Shown here: positions 30,827-32,000 of the stretch, piece by piece | Numbering within the stretch: the stretch's first letter is position 1 | How the letters are laid out: each line of letters starts with the position of its first letter | Assembly (NCBI RefSeq): GCF_000009605.1 | Contig: NC_002528.1 | Location: forward strand, 300,001-332,000 | Direction of reading: 5' to 3' | Length of the DNA: 32,000 bases | Source of the DNA: Buchnera aphidicola str. APS (Acyrthosiphon pisum) | GTDB taxonomy: Bacteria; Pseudomonadota; Gammaproteobacteria; Enterobacterales; Enterobacteriaceae | Notes under the pieces: model-generated | Seen by the model: the letters and a program-made list of their open reading frames with translations, nothing else | The model's database searches: none | Told to the model about the DNA's origin: nothing | Position numbers and translations under genes: made by a program

Positions 30827-32000
30827 ATGCAAAAAAATTTAATTTGGTTCCGTAACGATCTTCGTGTATATGACAACACGGCTCTACATCAAGCATGTCA
30901 AAATGATACAGATAAAGTAATAAGTTTATTTATTTCTACTCCGAAGCAATGGCATAATCAATCCGTTTCTAAAAAAAAAATATCTTTTATGTATTATCAT
31001 TTAATTTCTTTACAAAAAGAACTATTAAAATTAAATATTATTTTATATTATCATGAATCTACTGATTTTTTAAATTCTATAGAATATCTTATTTTTTTTT
31101 GCAAAAAACATAAAGTCAATAATTTATTTTATAATTATGAGTATGCAATCAATGAACGTTATCGAGATTATTTAGTAAAAAAAAAACTATCTCAAAAAGG
31201 GTTTCTTGTAAAAGGTTTTCACGATAATCTTTTATTTTCAAATAGACAAATCAGAAACCAAAAAAATGAAACATATAAAGTTTTTACTTTTTTTAAGAAA
31301 AAAGTAATACAAAATTTACATAATAATATTCCACAATGTTTTCCTGTTCCCTCTAAACGTAAATCTGATAGAGATATTTTTTTAACTTCTATTTCTTTGA
31401 AAAATGTAAATTTAAACTTTAATAAAAATTTCTTTCCTGTTGGAGAAAAAGAGGCTATTAATCGTTTAAAAAATTTTTGTATATATAAATTTAATGATTA
31501 TTTTCTTAAACGAGATTATCCCTTTTTAGATGCTACTAGTATGCTGTCTCCATATTTATCAGCAGGAATAATATCATCTCGATATTGTCTTAAAGTGCTT
31601 TTAAAAACAAAAAACAGTCTTCCATTAAATGTTCTTCTTACGTCTCCTTGGTTTGATCAGATATTATGGCGTGAATTTTATTACCATTTATTAATTGGAT
31701 TTCCAAAAATTAGTAGATCTGAATCATTAGTAACATGGGAAAAAGAAATTCATTGGATAAATAATATAAAACATTTTAATGCCTGGAAAGAAGGAAATAC
31801 AGGTTTTCCTATAATAGATGCAGGAATGAGACAATTAAACGAACTAGGATGGATGCATAATAGATTAAGAATGATTACATCTAGTTTTTTAGTAAAAAAT
31901 CTTTTGATTAATTGGCGAGAAGGGGAGGAACATTTTATATCTAATTTAATCGATGGAGACTTAGCGCTGAATAATGGAGGATGGCAATGGTCAGCGTCAG
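30827..32000 (+). CDS. phrB: Deoxyribodipyrimidine photolyase (partial, runs off the window)
   Basis: Translation from ATG at 30827: MQKNLIWFRNDLRVYDNTALHQAC...; later ILWREFYYHLL, NTGFPIIDAGMRQLNELGWMHNRLRM, DGDLALNNGGWQWS. Frame stays open to the window edge and is missing from the ORF track because it has no stop here. Confidence 0.96.
   Translation, partial: MQKNLIWFRNDLRVYDNTALHQACQNDTDKVISLFISTPKQWHNQSVSKKKISFMYYHLISLQKELLKLNIILYYHESTDFLNSIEYLIFFCKKHKVNNLFYNYEYAINERYRDYLVKKKLSQKGFLVKGFHDNLLFSNRQIRNQKNETYKVFTFFKKKVIQNLHNNIPQCFPVPSKRKSDRDIFLTSISLKNVNLNFNKNFFPVGEKEAINRLKNFCIYKFNDYFLKRDYPFLDATSMLSPYLSAGIISSRYCLKVLLKTKNSLPLNVLLTSPWFDQILWREFYYHLLIGFPKISRSESLVTWEKEIHWINNIKHFNAWKEGNTGFPIIDAGMRQLNELGWMHNRLRMITSSFLVKNLLINWREGEEHFISNLIDGDLALNNGGWQWSAS

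Overview
This window is a reduced, AT-rich gammaproteobacterial endosymbiont chromosome segment. Gene content, gene order and protein sequences match Buchnera aphidicola. Gene order: yciA, ispZ/yciB, yciC, trpA, trpB, trpC(F), trpD (all -), a DMT/EamA transporter, rluB, sohB, topA (+), suhB (-), rlmN, ispG, hisS, glyA (+), bioD, bioB (-), bioA (+), pgl/ybhE, mfd (-), lolC, lolD, frameshifted lolE, gapA (+), fldA (-), phrB (+, running off the window). I found no mobile element, CRISPR array, tRNA/rRNA gene or new multi-gene system. The most interesting signals are signs of reductive evolution: (1) lolE is split by a -1-type frame change at an A9T9 tract, and a single restored base gives a normal ~412-aa protein; (2) SuhB has lost the acidic metal/catalytic residues of the inositol monophosphatase family, so it looks like a pseudoenzyme; (3) Mfd lacks its N-terminal UvrB-homology module but keeps the RNA polymerase-interacting and translocase parts; (4) the bio locus lacks bioF and bioC, and the scar between bioB and bioD contains a long imperfect hairpin, a strong Shine-Dalgarno sequence and a mini-ORF; (5) a perfect 16-bp inverted repeat sits in the trpD/transporter divergent intergenic region; (6) a strong bidirectional-terminator-like hairpin follows gapA.
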